Assembly: GCA_028534125.1 (NCBI GenBank)
Contig: CM052816.1
Coordinates: 36,086,001 to 36,150,000 of the forward strand
Direction of reading: 5' to 3'
From: Lama glama
Taxonomy: Eukaryota
Length of the DNA: 64,000 bases
In this document: piece by piece, positions 35,401 to 48,590 of the stretch
How positions within the stretch are numbered: position 1 is the stretch's first letter
Layout of the letters: each line of letters begins with the position of its first letter
The notes under the pieces: model-generated
Told to the model about the DNA's origin: nothing
Database searches by the model: none
What the model saw: only the letters and a program-made list of their open reading frames with translations
Made by a program: the position numbers and the translations under genes

Positions 35401-38048
35401 ACCTCCTCAGAAACATATGCTCTGCGTTACTTGATCTAGACACATTTTCTGCAGTAGACAGAACAGGAAGATCTGTGTCTTTTTTCATTCCTTCCAAAAG
35501 ACAGTGTGCCAGCCAGAAAGCCAAGTCCATTTATTTCTCCTGCAGGAGCCAGCGTGGTCCTTCTCCTGGAAGATGCAGGTACTTACAATAGTAATAGGCT
35601 TTGTGGTTTATTGAGAGTATTTCATCCCAACATCTTACGGGCATAAAGAATAAAATATCAACTAATGGCTCTTTCCAACAAGCTTGGGAAGAATTAAATG
35701 GAAAGGAGGACTATCATCATTCTTCCCTGGAGACACGAGAAGAAAGCAGCCTAAGTCAGGTAGCCCAGGAAAGAACCAGAGGCAAGTTGAGCCAAAATCT
35801 GGAGAGGCCCCCAGTCTGTGGCTCTTCCTAAGAACCTGATTAAGAGCTTTGGCTGAAGGAGAACAATGGACATGTTTATTGCTTCTTTAAGAAGCTTCAA
35901 ATACAGTGCAGTTGGCAGAGGGGCATGAGGCAACGTCCCCAGATTCTCTTCTCTGTCAGTCAATGTTTTTATTATAAAAGTGGACTTCTCAAATATAACT
36001 TTAATTCTCTAATTTCTCAAAATTTCCCCAGTTTTGGTACATATTCCAACTAAAAATGAGGACGAATTTCAGAAGAGAAGAATTTGTCCTGTTTCTTCTT
36101 CGTTTTCCTCTGCCCCACATACACACATTCACACTTGGACATTTTTTCTAATTTTATGTATTCACAGCACTTTTTTTTCTCAACATCATCTCTGCTAAGC
36201 AGTGTAAGGACACAGAGGGTCACCTGAGATACACTGAAACATCAGTGTGATAACACTGAAAGCCAGAGGGCAAAAATGTAGTGGTTAAAAGAAATCCTGC
36301 TAGTGGATGACCAGCCAGGCCCTGTGGTATTCATAGATCTGCCCGTGGTGTAGGTAATTTCCCAGAACCCAGCTGTAACAGAAAACTATGGACACCAGAG
36401 CAAGGAGAATCACTGGGCATTTTGAATCCTTGGTGTCTTTCCCACAACCTAGCTGACTTCCCACCCACACAGTTCCCCAAGTTCTGGGGCCGGGCAGAGC
36501 CATCATGACACCTGTATTCAGGCCCCCAACAGGCATGAGGGGTCTGGCTGCCTAAGTGTGAGACTGTGGATGATAAGCACCAGAGGGTTAGGATCTGTGC
36601 CTCCAAAGGGCTGACCAGCCTGGCGCAAGGATCCCCAGAGACGACAAAAATTCCTGTTGGTTCAGGATTTCCTTAAACTCTCTGTACATTTACCTTAGTC
36701 TGGACCGGACGCTGGTGCAAATTTCAAACCCTCATTTTACTTCTTCAGATTTGAGGTTTCCTGTGAATTAGAGTGCCCTGTATTCTGTGTGGGTCCTGCC
36801 CTTCTCTGGTCCCTGTCAGTATTCAACAAAGCAAGTTAATCTCCCCAGTAAGTGACAGCTCTGCCCCTTGTAACTGGCATGGAATCAATTTTTTTACTTG
36901 ATTTGAGAAGTGAGGAGAGTATCAAGCATTCAGTAATGGCCAGTGGGTTCATTGGCAAGCTGAAGCAGCTTCAGCTGCAATCTGTTCCACTGTCCTCATC
37001 TCTTAGTTCTGCTTGTTCTTTTTCTTTTTTCTTTTTTCTTCCTTTTACCAGCGATCCTGCCCACAGACTTTATCTACTCTGTCTACTGAGGACACCAGGC
37101 TCCTTTGCTAAGTTGTTCCCAGCGGGCGCACACAGCCCACTGCTGCAGCCCAGCCAAACTCTGACAGCTCCACAGGGAGGAGGAGGAAAAAGTGGGGAGA
37201 CTATATTTCCACAGAAACTGACCACAACTCCCCAGAAGGCTATGGGGAAGCAAAAGAGACAGCAGAGAAGGCGGCAACGTAACTGTCGTGGGGAAGCCTC
37301 CTTACTGTGCGCACAGCGGGGATAGACAGCCTTTCAGGAGTGTGGTCCCCCAAGTACCAGAAAATGTTTTTCATTCAGCAATATAGAAAGAACCAAGAAC
37401 TCATCTCAGAGGAATGGACTTTCATTTTTTGGTAGGTGATTTGCAAAGGGAAAGATTGATTTTCCCCTCACTACAGTACCTCCTCTGCTTCTAAACCCAT
37501 CTCTGCCCTGATTGGATTTAAGATGTAAAGGGAGGAACAACTGAATGATGCCTGTGCGGTGGGAGGCAGGCCCAGACAGGAAGAGGTCTTTGTCCAGCAT
37601 AACCCTGTAATCAGTTCCACACGGCTGTGCTGCCCACTGTGGCCACAGAATCTTGGTGTAGTTGTCATCTGGAGACCATCCCACTGGGAAATGCACACGA
37701 GGGTCCACAGCACAGTCATGCAGTATGCCTGCGGTCCCGGTGAGGGCGATCAGTGCCTCCCGCCCCAACCCCCGCCCACAGCATGTGTGACATCAGTCCA
37801 TGGCCTTGTGGAGCACACAGGTTAGGGGAGGAGTCCACATTCTGAGGTAGGATCTCTAGGCTCCCCTCTCAAGAAATTGGCCCAGATCCCACTGAAACCA
37901 GAATACAAATCTACATTCTTTAAAACAACTTGTTTCTGTGGAAGCTAACGGGGTTTATTCTACAGTCTCCTGCGGAGAGTGACTCCAGGGAACCAGAGAG
38001 AACAGCTGGAATCAAGCAAGTTTCTCATTTTAAAATGAGATTTAGCCT

Positions 38049-38391
38049 TGTTATGGACTGCATGTTCATGTCCCTCCAAAATTTGTATGTTGACTTCCTA
38101 GTCCCCATTGTGATGATATCTGGAGATAAGCAACTCCCAGAGGCCTTAGATCATGAGGGTGGAGCCCTCACGATGCGATTAGTGTCCTTATAAGAAGAGG
38201 CAGGAGAGAGCTTGCTTCTCTGCTCTTCACTGTGCAAGGACACAGCAAGACAGCTGTCTGCAAGCCAGGAAGAAAGCCCTCACAAGAACCTGGCCAGGCT
38301 GGCACCTTAATCTCAATTCCCAGCCTCCAGGGCTGAGAGAAGTTTCTATAATTTAAGCCACTCAGTCTATAGAACTGCCCAAGCTAAGACA
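38049..38391 (+). mobile_element. MaLR solo LTR (MLT1A/MLT1A0-like)
   Basis: Starts tgttatggactgcatgttcatgtccctccaaaatttgtatgttga and ends ctaagaca. Contains ggagccctcacgatgcgattagtgtccttataagaagag. GCCT is repeated on both flanks. Confidence 0.88.
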
Positions 38392-38754
38392 GCCTTCACA
38401 GCACACAATACGATGCCTTGATTTTTACAGATCAAGAAAAAAAAATCCACTGGAAAGGACAGAGGGAAAGTGAGATACACCATGCCTCAGAATCCAGAAC
38501 CTTCTGTAACTCCCTGATCTTGGCCAATAAATGACATCAAATCACAGGCAGATTGAAAGTTCTTTCACTTCACCCAAAACGAACCCCAAGAAAAAAAGAG
38601 TATCAAGATTCAGTCTTTCATTTAGCTGTACTTTATGGAGAACCCATTATATGCCAGAACCTGTGCTAAGCGCTGTGGGTTATTTTTTAATAGGAGACTG
38701 GCTCCACCCAGGTAAGGCGCCCCGTCACTACGGGGCTGTACACATGGGTTGTGG

Positions 38755-39306
38755 AGTGTGTCACATCCAGTCCCTTCTAAGGAAGAGAAAGGTGGCAGTC
38801 TTCAGAAACCATGTCACATACCACATCTTCCCATCCATGGTCAGAGATGATTGGACAGGGAGTGGGCATCTAACTCAGAGGCAGCCAATCCATAGTCAGT
38901 GTCCTCTACATGTGCGGGCAGGTGGAAATATCTCTGCCCCTGTTTGCTGTTTAGTAATTACCCACTACAATTAGTGTCCATCTTGAGACGTCATATAAAT
39001 AGGATGATTCAGAAGAGAGGGGGATTAACAAAAAAGGAACAGATATACAGAAAACATTTTGGTCACATTTCTTCTAGCAAAGCCCTAACTTTTACCTGCT
39101 CAGTTCCATAGAGCTGTTTCCTTAAATCCAGAATGGGTTTCCAGTTCCAGTCACTGTAATATCTGGTCATTAACTGGCTTCTATTTGGAAGTTTTCATGA
39201 GATTCTGACTCCATTATTGGTACAGGCATCCTTAAAATAAGTCCTCATTATTTGAGCCAGCCTGAGTGAATCACAGTTCCTTGCAAGCAAAATAGTCTAT
39301 TAAACA
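38755..39306 (+). mobile_element. Old MaLR LTR remnant (MLT1J/K/L-like); boundaries approximate
   Basis: gatgattggacagggagtgggcatctaactcagaggcagccaatc and a 3' end ttgagccagcctgagtg...gttccttgcaagcaaaa. Confidence 0.5.
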
Positions 39307-41589
39307 AATATGATAGGGTAAGAGGGCTATGAAGAAAGTGCAAGGGAAGCACAGAGGGAGTAATTAACACTGCTAGAATTTTAAAAACCTGGTTTTGAAT
39401 TTCAATGTCATAGTACTGAAGAAGTTTGCCATATTTCTAAGGTCACTGTATCTAAATTGACACAATGAATTATTATAAAATGACATACTTGATTTTCTTG
39501 AAGACTTGGAATTCTTCTTTTACTGAAGAGGTCAAACATAAAAAATAGTGTAAAGAGTCTCTCCTCCCTGCTGATATTCCCTATCAATTGGCACAGGGAG
39601 GAGTTACAAGAGTAAGTCTCTAATTAGAGAGCATTTGAGATGGGCCAACAGACAATGAGACGAATGCCAAACACCCCCACAAATGAGCTCAAGGATCGAA
39701 AAAAAAGGACCCACTCTAATCCCACAGGAGCAGACCAAGGAGAACCTTCTTTAATTGGTCCTCTGTTTGGGAACCTGGAGTACTCTCTTATTAACATGTG
39801 ACACTTCCTTAACAAAGCGATATACACGAGCAGCCAGTCTAATACTTGGGTTGGTGGCAACTTGTTTCTACTCGGCATAAGCTCCTGGAGGAAAGCAGAA
39901 CTTGCTGAGCAGTTTCGACTGTAACCAGTATTTTCCAGCACCTGTTAGCCGTTATACAGGGAAGGAATCTCATTATCAGACATAAATGCTGTCAGAAAGG
40001 CATGGAGGAGTCCTGTCCTAGCACAGGCAAGGGCCACGAAACACACTGGCATAAATACTTTCTCTCTACAAGCTCATACTGTTTAAAAATTCCTTTTCAG
40101 TGGGGAGAATCCTTAAGCTGAAAGGCAGGAAAGAAACATTTCCAGGCATGCATTTGTGGTACGAAAGATGCCCCCGCTGGTTTAAATCTGTGTGCTCTGA
40201 ATGGGAGGGGTGGCAGCGGGGAGCACGTTATTCCAATTCTACTCAGCTGCTGCTGAAGTTTGCCTGGTTCTCTGACTCCCGTGAAAAGCTCTCAGTACTG
40301 ATGGAGAGTGCACAGTTTAGATAAACTGGATTAGAAGAAGAGAGAGAGAGATGGATAGAATTCTTTCTTAAGACACTAAAAATGGGATGGCTGTCTGCTA
40401 TAATAAATCCAAGAAAGGAGCCATGCTTATCTCAACTCCAACCTGACGTCAGTAATTATACAGAACATGAGAAGAGAGGTCCCTGTTAACCAAAGCAGGG
40501 GGTTTATCTGGCCTTTGTAGGCTCCTGGATAAGCCCATTAGCACTGCAGCCTCAGGAGTCCCTCTCTTGTAGTACAGTGTTTACCCTTATCTTCTGCGTG
40601 ACACAAAAGCACAATCAAGACAAAGCCAAGAAATATGTGGCTCTTCACTGCAAGGGAATGCCTCCCCTGCTTATCTCTTTTAATTATTATTTATATTCTA
40701 CATTTTGTTTTCAGGTTAAAACCAAGTAACACAGGGTAGGAAAGCCACCCCGCATTTTCTGAGCTCTGGTCTCATTAGCCAGATTTCCTTAAAACTCTGG
40801 GACTTCAGAGAAGTTTTGCCAAGTGGCTAAATGAAATGCACACAATTGCAAAGTGTTATGAATATTTATGATGGTTTAATGATGGGCCTTTTTTTTTCAT
40901 CCATGAATAATAAAGATTCTAACAAGAACAGATAACGAGATGGGGACAAAACAGTGAAGTGGTTAACACAAGAACTGCTCTTGGAGGGACCCCACTGAGA
41001 GCAGCAGGAGCCGAGGGCCTCTCCTCCATCTCTTGCCAGAACCAAGTGCAAAGCAGGGGCGAGCCTATTTTCCCCACTCTTTTAACAGATACCTTCAGCT
41101 AAGAGAGGCATTTTAAGTCCCTACTCTGTGCTAACTTCACGGTCTCCTCTGGAGGTAAAGGAAGCTCAGAGTCACAGACGTCGTTGTCAAGTGACCTTCC
41201 ACTTCTAACAGCAGTATTCGTTTCAGGCTTCGGCTGCCAGCAGCATTTGCTGCTTTGCCTCTTCCGAGCCAGTTACTAGTTAAAAAGCACCTGGTGAAGG
41301 CTGAAGTTGCTGGGCTCTCACTCTACCAGCTGCTGACTCTCTCACAGGCCACAGACCTCAATTTGGGAAGGGTCTTTGGGAGAAGTTTCTAAAAGGTAAA
41401 CATTAAAGTTGTTATCCCCACCAATATTTCGTGTATCGAAGGCAAGTAGTTCCCTGTGTGACCCTGCCACGCTCTGGCGTGTAGGGACGCTCTGTGTCCC
41501 AGCTCCTGGTCTCTTGCTGTCTGGCCTGGGAGTATACAGCCCTCTCCCGTGAAAACCCTGCTGGTGACTCAAAGGACAGCCACTGACGT

Positions 41590-41830
41590 GATGGGGTCAA
41601 GGAGTTCTGGCTAGCTGCCACCTTTGGCTTAGGTGACTTACTCACATGAGGCACAGTTTCCTCATCTACCAAGATCATGCATTCAGCAAGTATTTATTGA
41701 GCACTGACTATTATACGCCACCAAATGCTCTAAGCGTGTGTGATCAAGGAAGAAGAGAAACAATGGTCTTGTCTCAAGAATCTTACAAACTGGTAGGTGA
41801 AAAAGAATATTTAAAAAACAAGCAAACCAA
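41590..41830. mobile_element. Adjacent MIR (+, ~41590-41672) and L2 (-, ~41675-41830) fragments
   Basis: gcacagtttcctcatct followed by cattcagcaagtatttattgagcactgactat. Confidence 0.65.
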
Positions 41831-44024
41831 GTAATTGGTGGATCCTTGATAAAGTGGCTCAAGCAACAAAGAAAGGGGACTTCTGTGTTTATCTTGATAA
41901 TAGGCTTGCTTAATGCCATAATGATAAAAATTTCAGAAAAGTTGTATGAAGATCAAGTGATATTTTTAAAGCCCTTAAAAACCGTGTGTCTTTAATAGAA
42001 TCACATGATGAAAACCTTCGTTAAGTAATGACCTTATCCTGCTTCATCTCCTTTGGGAATCTGAATTTTCATGTATTGAGCTTAGTGTACACAGACATAA
42101 ACGTCCACTCTTCATCAACTATCTTTGAGATTGAAAAACAAATGCCAAACAATAACGCAGCCTAACACTTGGTTAACCCTTGGGTTGGGAAATGCACGAT
42201 CATGCTCGTGAATCTATTGACGCAAACTTACGGGAAAGCAATTCTCATCTGGGGACTCATTTAAAGAGTAAATTAGGTGCAGAGAAAGAATGCCCGATAG
42301 GTCCCTACGATTCCTTCACTCACTCCCCATCTCCATATTCCTCACCGGTATCTCACACAGCCCAACGTCCCTGCTGCCAATTTTATTAAAGCCTGCTGTG
42401 TGGGAATTTCCTTTCTCTGCTTTACTAGCTACCAAGAAACCCCTTCAACGTGATTTTTCACACGTTTTCTCTTCCTGTGCTGCGTCTCAGTGAAATTTCA
42501 TCTCCCTGACTCACTGTTAAGTGCTTCTCATCTGAAATCACACTCACTCATGACCTCAAAGTGCGAAAAGAGCAAGTCACAAAAGAAGAAAGCCCGACCG
42601 AAGTCCTCCCTCCAATTACTCAGACGTTAAGCAAAAGCTACATGGGGATTTCTCAGTCAACCAGGACTAACTGAACACGAGCATCTATGGAGCAGAAGAT
42701 GAGTCCTGGCACACAACACACCGCACTGCACAGCCCTTCTCCCTTAATGGAGCACATACATCTGCCCAGGTATTAAAATCTGAGCAAATGATGGTAGGTG
42801 TTTCATGGAGCAGAGAGTAATCAGAAACTGGATTCTTATAGGATAGACCCTGGATCACCTCCCCAGGGAATTAGAAACAGAGCTAGAGGAGAGAAAGCCA
42901 GAAGGGAAGGAAGAAGAAGACAGGATGAAGAGGAAGAAGGCCTAACAGACTGGAGACTAAGAAGCAGGTTTGGAAGGAAAGCCTCTGCCCTTGCCACCTT
43001 ACTAGCAGGAATAACTCAAAAGTCTCCTGGAAGAAATAAGCAGGCTTTGATTTTTTTCATCATACAAAACAAAAAGCTTAATCACCCCAAAATCTGAAAT
43101 CTGTGCAGGTGCATTCCAATGGACCTAATTCCATGGACTAGGAGCCTCAACAATATATTCGAGCACCACGTCCACTAACAGCTGACAGGATGAAAAAAAC
43201 TGTCACAACATCAAAACGTTAAGAAAGAGCAGGACCTCAGGACGTTTGCTTCTGACTAGTGCATGATGGTCTCACTTGGTCAGCTGGAGACCCAGTGTAA
43301 CACTTGGCCAGACGTGAGTCCTACTATCAAGGACTTGAAGTCTAAAATCACAGATAAAACATCCATGACAGAGAAAGGAGGAAGATGACAATTTAAAATA
43401 AGCTCTTTGTGTGGCTATGTGGGGTCAGAAGGCCAGGGGAAGGAAGACTTTCTGCTTTCCTGCTCTTTTTATCTCAGTTTACAAAGGATGAGCGAGAAGG
43501 GATGTGTGGGATGAGAGAAACTAAAAGGAAAACAAAAATAAGGCACTAACGATCTGTAGAAAAATATCAGTGCTAGTCTGTGTCAACTATTGCCACTCAA
43601 CAAGTATTTAATTAATTAAGGTAATTAATTTTTAATGGTTGCCTATTGCGGCAGAGAAGTACTGAGGTCATGGGGAAAACAGACACGGACCAAAAACCTA
43701 TGTGGAAAAAATTTACAAAGTTTTAAAATAAAAGCTAATCAGTAAAGTAAAACAGTACCAGGTTGTACCATGATGGCTAACTGATCTCAATCTAATTGTG
43801 GTCCCCTTGATCTCAAGCATTTGCTCTGAGATCTCAAAAGATGGGCCAAGTCTAAAATAAAGGTACATGATGGAATCCACAGAAACCACACGAGACAAGC
43901 TCAGACTGACAATCAAGTTGTCCTAAGCCTGTAAGAGAGTGTCTTAGTTGTATCTAAACTTGCTGTCTTATAAAAATCACAAGTGAGATGCTGATTTCTG
44001 TTAGCTTTTTGGTATGATTTAAGA

Positions 44025-44232
44025 GATCACTGGCTTTGGAATCAGAGAAACATGAGTTGAAATCTTGACCAGGCTTACTTACAGGAAAAAATGTCTCCAC
44101 CTCTTCACCCATAAAGGAGTGATAAGGACACCTCCCTTAGACGCAGTCACTACCAGAGTTATCGAAGATGCTGGATGTCAAGTAACAAACATGGGGATTG
44201 GCTCATGGTAAATGTTCATTAGTAACTGTCAC
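44025..44232 (+). mobile_element. Degenerate MIR
   Basis: actggctttggaatcagagaaacatgagttgaaatcttgac...cataaaggagtgataaggacacctccc...ggctcatggtaaatgttcattag. Confidence 0.6.
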
Positions 44233-44499
44233 CAAGAAGAACATTTGAAACAACACCTATGACATATTTGAACACAGTAACTACGTCCTCCTACTTCTCC
44301 TTTCAGTGCTTATCTTCTGTTTTCTCTTCCCTATCTTTCTTTTCCCTTAACCTGTGATGTAAATGTGTAGCTTTCCCAAATTCAACCCTGATTTCTATTG
44401 CTTATCATACTCCCTAAGAATGGAGGAAATGATGAAAATGTTCTTGTGTGACAGAATCAGGAAAGCTCTACAGAAGTACACCTGAGATGACAGCTTTAT

Positions 44500-45008
44500 A
44501 AAAAAAAAAACCCCTCAGATTGTATCCTGTCAACTGACAATCCCTTGCTTCTCAACAGTCCTCTGGAGGCCATACATGTACTCCCAATGAAGCTACCTTT
44601 GTTTAAAAAGTGTTTCCAACAACTCCCCCCTTTTGTAATTGTTCTAAAAATTTTTCAATGTCCTTAGTGATGATAGATTTGTGTGCTTCAAAGGTGCATT
44701 TAATTTTGAGAAATAGCCAGAAGTTCTTCAAAGAAAAACTAGTAAGTACAGAAGGTGATCTATCTGGGTAGTGCTGCTTTTAAGCAAAAAATGTGATGTA
44801 TTTTGTAAAGCATCAATATAACTTTCTTGCATGGATTTTAAGCACTTCTGAGGGAAAGTCTGAAGATATTGTGAATAAACCCATATTTTTGGAATCAATG
44901 AGTTTCTAAAGTCATTTCTTTGTTGGACAACTATTTTTGCTATTTAACTCCCTTTGTGTTTGTTTAAAATACACAATCACAGTCATCACTTTAGAGTCAC
45001 TCCTTATA
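44500..45008. mobile_element. MARNA-like (Tc1/mariner-derived, non-autonomous) DNA transposon remnant
   Basis: ctggaggccatacatgtactcccaatgaagctacc..., aaaggtgcatttaattttgagaaatagccagaagt and terminal cagtcatcactttagagtcacactcctta resemble the recalled MARNA consensus. Confidence 0.65.
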
Positions 45009-45379
45009 GACCCAGAGATGGTGATGACATTTCTCACATCTGTAATATATCATGTAATAAAAAATGTGTGAAACATTTAGTAATTAGAAATGTTTACTAT
45101 GCAGTGAATCAGATTTCTCTCTTTTTTCAGCTCAAGATGTGCGTTTTATATGTTGTGTGAAAGTACTTGCGGCCTAATGGAAACATCTTGGTCTAGAAGC
45201 TAGTTAACAATATTTTCAAGGCTTCATGTGAAGGTAGACAGCACTGAAAAAATTTCTGTTACTGGGCACCTTAATTACTGGTATTTTTTGGTCAGTGCAG
45301 TAAAAATCTCCTATAATCATAGTCATCCCAAGGTATACGAGACAGCATACTTTATGAAATATCAAAGAAAGACAAAGGT

Positions 45380-48300
45380 TCTGAGTCAAGATGGAGAACC
45401 AGATACATGGATACACTGAATCTGCAGCTACATATAGAATGATTTCCTCCAAAAACTAGCTGAATGACTCCTGTATATCAGGCAAATGAGAAAAACAAAC
45501 AAACAAACACACAATAAAGTAAATAGGAGAGCCCAAGATAAAAATCTTGCCATCCACCCCACTCAGCTCAGTGACCCACATGATGGAATTCAGAACCCTG
45601 AGCTTCTCCTTGAGGAGCACAGGCTTTGCAGCACAACCTGGCACACCAACTTTGCAACTTTTAAGACCTGCACATGAAAGACAAGCTCCCAAACATCTAG
45701 CTTTAAAAGCCAGTGGGGCTCGTGCCCACGAGGCCCACAAGGCTATAGCAAACTAAGAAGCAATTCTTAAAGAGCTCACATATGTGGACTCAGCCACCTC
45801 AGGACCTGACTGAAAAGCACCCACACACTCTGTGAAAGAGGCTTCCTTGCTTATCTCACAGTTCAGGCCTGAGGGGAAAACATCTAATTTAGCACATTTC
45901 TGGGGGGTCTTCTGCTTTATTTTCCAAACACAGAGGCTATCTTTACACTCCACCTCTGCCTCACTCCAGTTCATCATTATCTGTCAGAGAGGAAGCTGTA
46001 CCTTCATCTAGCACCCCAATTTTTGCTGCTGCCACCCAGAGGACACCTCTGGAGTGCCTGGCTCTGGTGGCCAGCAGGGCTCCCCATTGTGGGTCCCACA
46101 GACTTGCAACAAACAGAAAGAGTTCTAACCAGCTACCACCCCAGGGCACAGCACAGACTGTGGCTCCCAGTCTTTCAGTAAAAGAGGCTTAGTTGTTCTT
46201 CAGAACTGCCTCCTGAGGAGCAGAAGCCTAATTAAACACACATCTAAGGACTACTACAATCTTCTTGAGAGACCAAAGAGGAAGAGCATATCTTCACGCT
46301 CTCCCTCTGCCATGCTCGGGGTACCAGAAACTCCTGGAGGAGAGCTTGTACATGCACCTGGTGCTCAGGTTTTATATCTGGTGCCCTCGTGTTTTGGTTG
46401 TCACCTAGGGGTACCCTTAATCATCTAGCTCAGGAAGCTAGCAGGGCTTGTGGTCACAAGTTCAATCGGACAGTAGTAAAGAAAAAAAGTTTTTATTAGC
46501 AATCAGCCCGTGGCTCAGCACAGAAGAAGATAGAGAAGCCCATCTCCCAATCTTCCCTGAAAGAGGTATATCCGCATGCTTTAAAAGCTATTGTCTGATA
46601 ATCTGGCTTCCAATCAGCCTGAATCTAGGTGCTGACTGAGATCCTCCCTTTGGGACAATGACAGGTCTTAGCAAACTCTCAACTACAAGGGGTCACTAAA
46701 AATAAAGTAGGCTAATTAGATAATCACAAATGCTTGAGAGACAACCAAGATCTAGAGCAGATCCTTCAAAGTGAAGAGAGGTGACTGTGTTATCTAATGT
46801 ATAGACACCAATTGAAAGTCAAGCAAAATGAAGAAAAAGAGGAACATGTTCCAAAAAGAACAAGATAAAACCTCAGAAACAGACCTTAATTAGATGGAGA
46901 TTAGTGATTTACCTGATAAAAGTTCAAAATAACAGTTATAAATATGCTTGCCAAGCTCAGAAGAATGATAAACAGAGAGAAAATGTCAATGAAGACACAG
47001 AAAATATAAGCACCAAAGAAAAGTCATTAAGCTGAGGAATATAAGAATTGAACTGGAAAGCACAAAAGAGGAGTCCAACAGCAGACTAGATGAAGCAGAA
47101 GAAAGGAAAAGTGAACTCAAAGACAGAGTAGTTAAACTCAATAAGAGAAGCAAAAACAACAACAACAAAGGAATAAAAAAGAGTGAAGATAGTTTAAAGG
47201 GGTTATGGATATCAAGCAACCAATATTCACATTACAAGAATCCAAAAAGAGGGGAGAACAGGGCGGAAAATTTTTTGAAGAAATAATGGCTGAAAATTTC
47301 CCTAACCTGAGAAAGGAAATAGACACCCAGATCCAAGGAGCCCAGAAGAGTCCAAACTAGAGGAACTCAAAGAGACCTATACATTAGTGTCAGAAGTTAA
47401 ACACAAGGAAGGAATCTTAAAAGCAGCAAGAGGAAAAAAAACTGGTTATGTATATGGGAACCCCCATAAGGCAATCAGCAGATTTCTGAGCAGAAACTTT
47501 GCAAGGCAGAAGAGTAAAAAGGAAATAAAGGTTAAGGCAGAAATAAACTGAGACTAAAAAGAATAGAAAAGATCAATGAAACTAGGAGCAGGTTTTTTCC
47601 CTTGAAAAGTTATACAAAATTAACAAATATTTAGCTAGATTCACCAAGAAAAGAAAACGAGGACTCAAATAAGAGGATCCTAAAAGACTACTATGAAAAA
47701 TTATACACTAACAAGTTGGACACTCTAGAAGAAATGGATCCACTCCTAGAAATATACTACCTATCAAAACTGAATCATGAAGAAACAAGACACCTGAACA
47801 GACCAATTAGTAGTAACGAGATTCGATCAGTTATCAAAAACTTCCCAACAAAGAAAAGTCCAGGACCAAATGGCTTCACTGGTAAATTCTGCCAAACATC
47901 CTAAGGAGAATTAATACCAATCCTCCTCAAACTCTTTCCAAGAACTAGAAGAGGAAGAAATACTTCTAAATTCATTTTACAAGGTCACCATTACCTTGAT
48001 ACCAAAACCAGACAACAATTCCAGAAGAAAAGAAATTAGATCACTCTTGTTACTATTCTTCAACATAGTATTGGAAGGCCCACCAGAGCAATTAGATAGA
48101 AAAAGAAGTAAAAGTCATCCAGATTGAAAAGGAGGAAGTAAAACCACCTCTATTTGCAGATAACATAAAATCATACATAGAAAACCCTCAATACTCCACC
48201 AAAAACGTTAGAATAAATGAATTCTGAAAAGCTGAAGGATACAAAAATCAATATTCAAAAATCCATTGCATTTCTGTATAACTAATAGGGAACTACCAGA

Positions 48301-48590
48301 AAGAGAAGTTAGGAAAACAGTCTCATTTAAAATTTCATCAAAAGAGAACAAAATACCTAGGAATAAATTCAACCAAGGAGAAAAAAGACCTGTACACTGA
48401 AAACTGTAAGACAATGATGAAAGAAACTGAAGATGACATTAATAAACAGAAAAAATGATTGTGTGCTCATGAATTGAAAGAATACTGTTAAAATGTCCAT
48501 AGTACACCAAGCAATCCACAGATTTAATGCAATCCCTTTCAAAATACCAATGGCATTTTCATAGAACTTGAAGAAATAATCTTAAAATGT
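45380..48590 (+). mobile_element. Old LINE-1 (L1MA9-like), 5' part: 5' UTR, decayed ORF1 (ATG ~46828) and internally deleted ORF2
   Basis: CAAGATGG at 45387. ORF1 motif aaataatggctgaaaatttccctaacctg. ORF2 fragment at 47716..47904 (KSPGPNGFTGKF). The sequence continues after 55216. Confidence 0.85.

Noticed and set aside
200..45000. The many 60-160 aa ORFs in the six-frame track outside the L1s
   Set aside because: They have no recognisable domains, often use non-ATG starts, overlap repeats or UTR, and have lengths expected by chance. Only 21957..22211 overlaps a real exon in frame (EFNA5 exon 3).
45368..45381. aaagacaaaggttc versus aaaaactgatgttc (~57124-57137) as the TSD of the old host L1
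   Set aside because: About 10 of 14 positions match in A-rich DNA. This is plausible for an old element but not distinguishable from chance.
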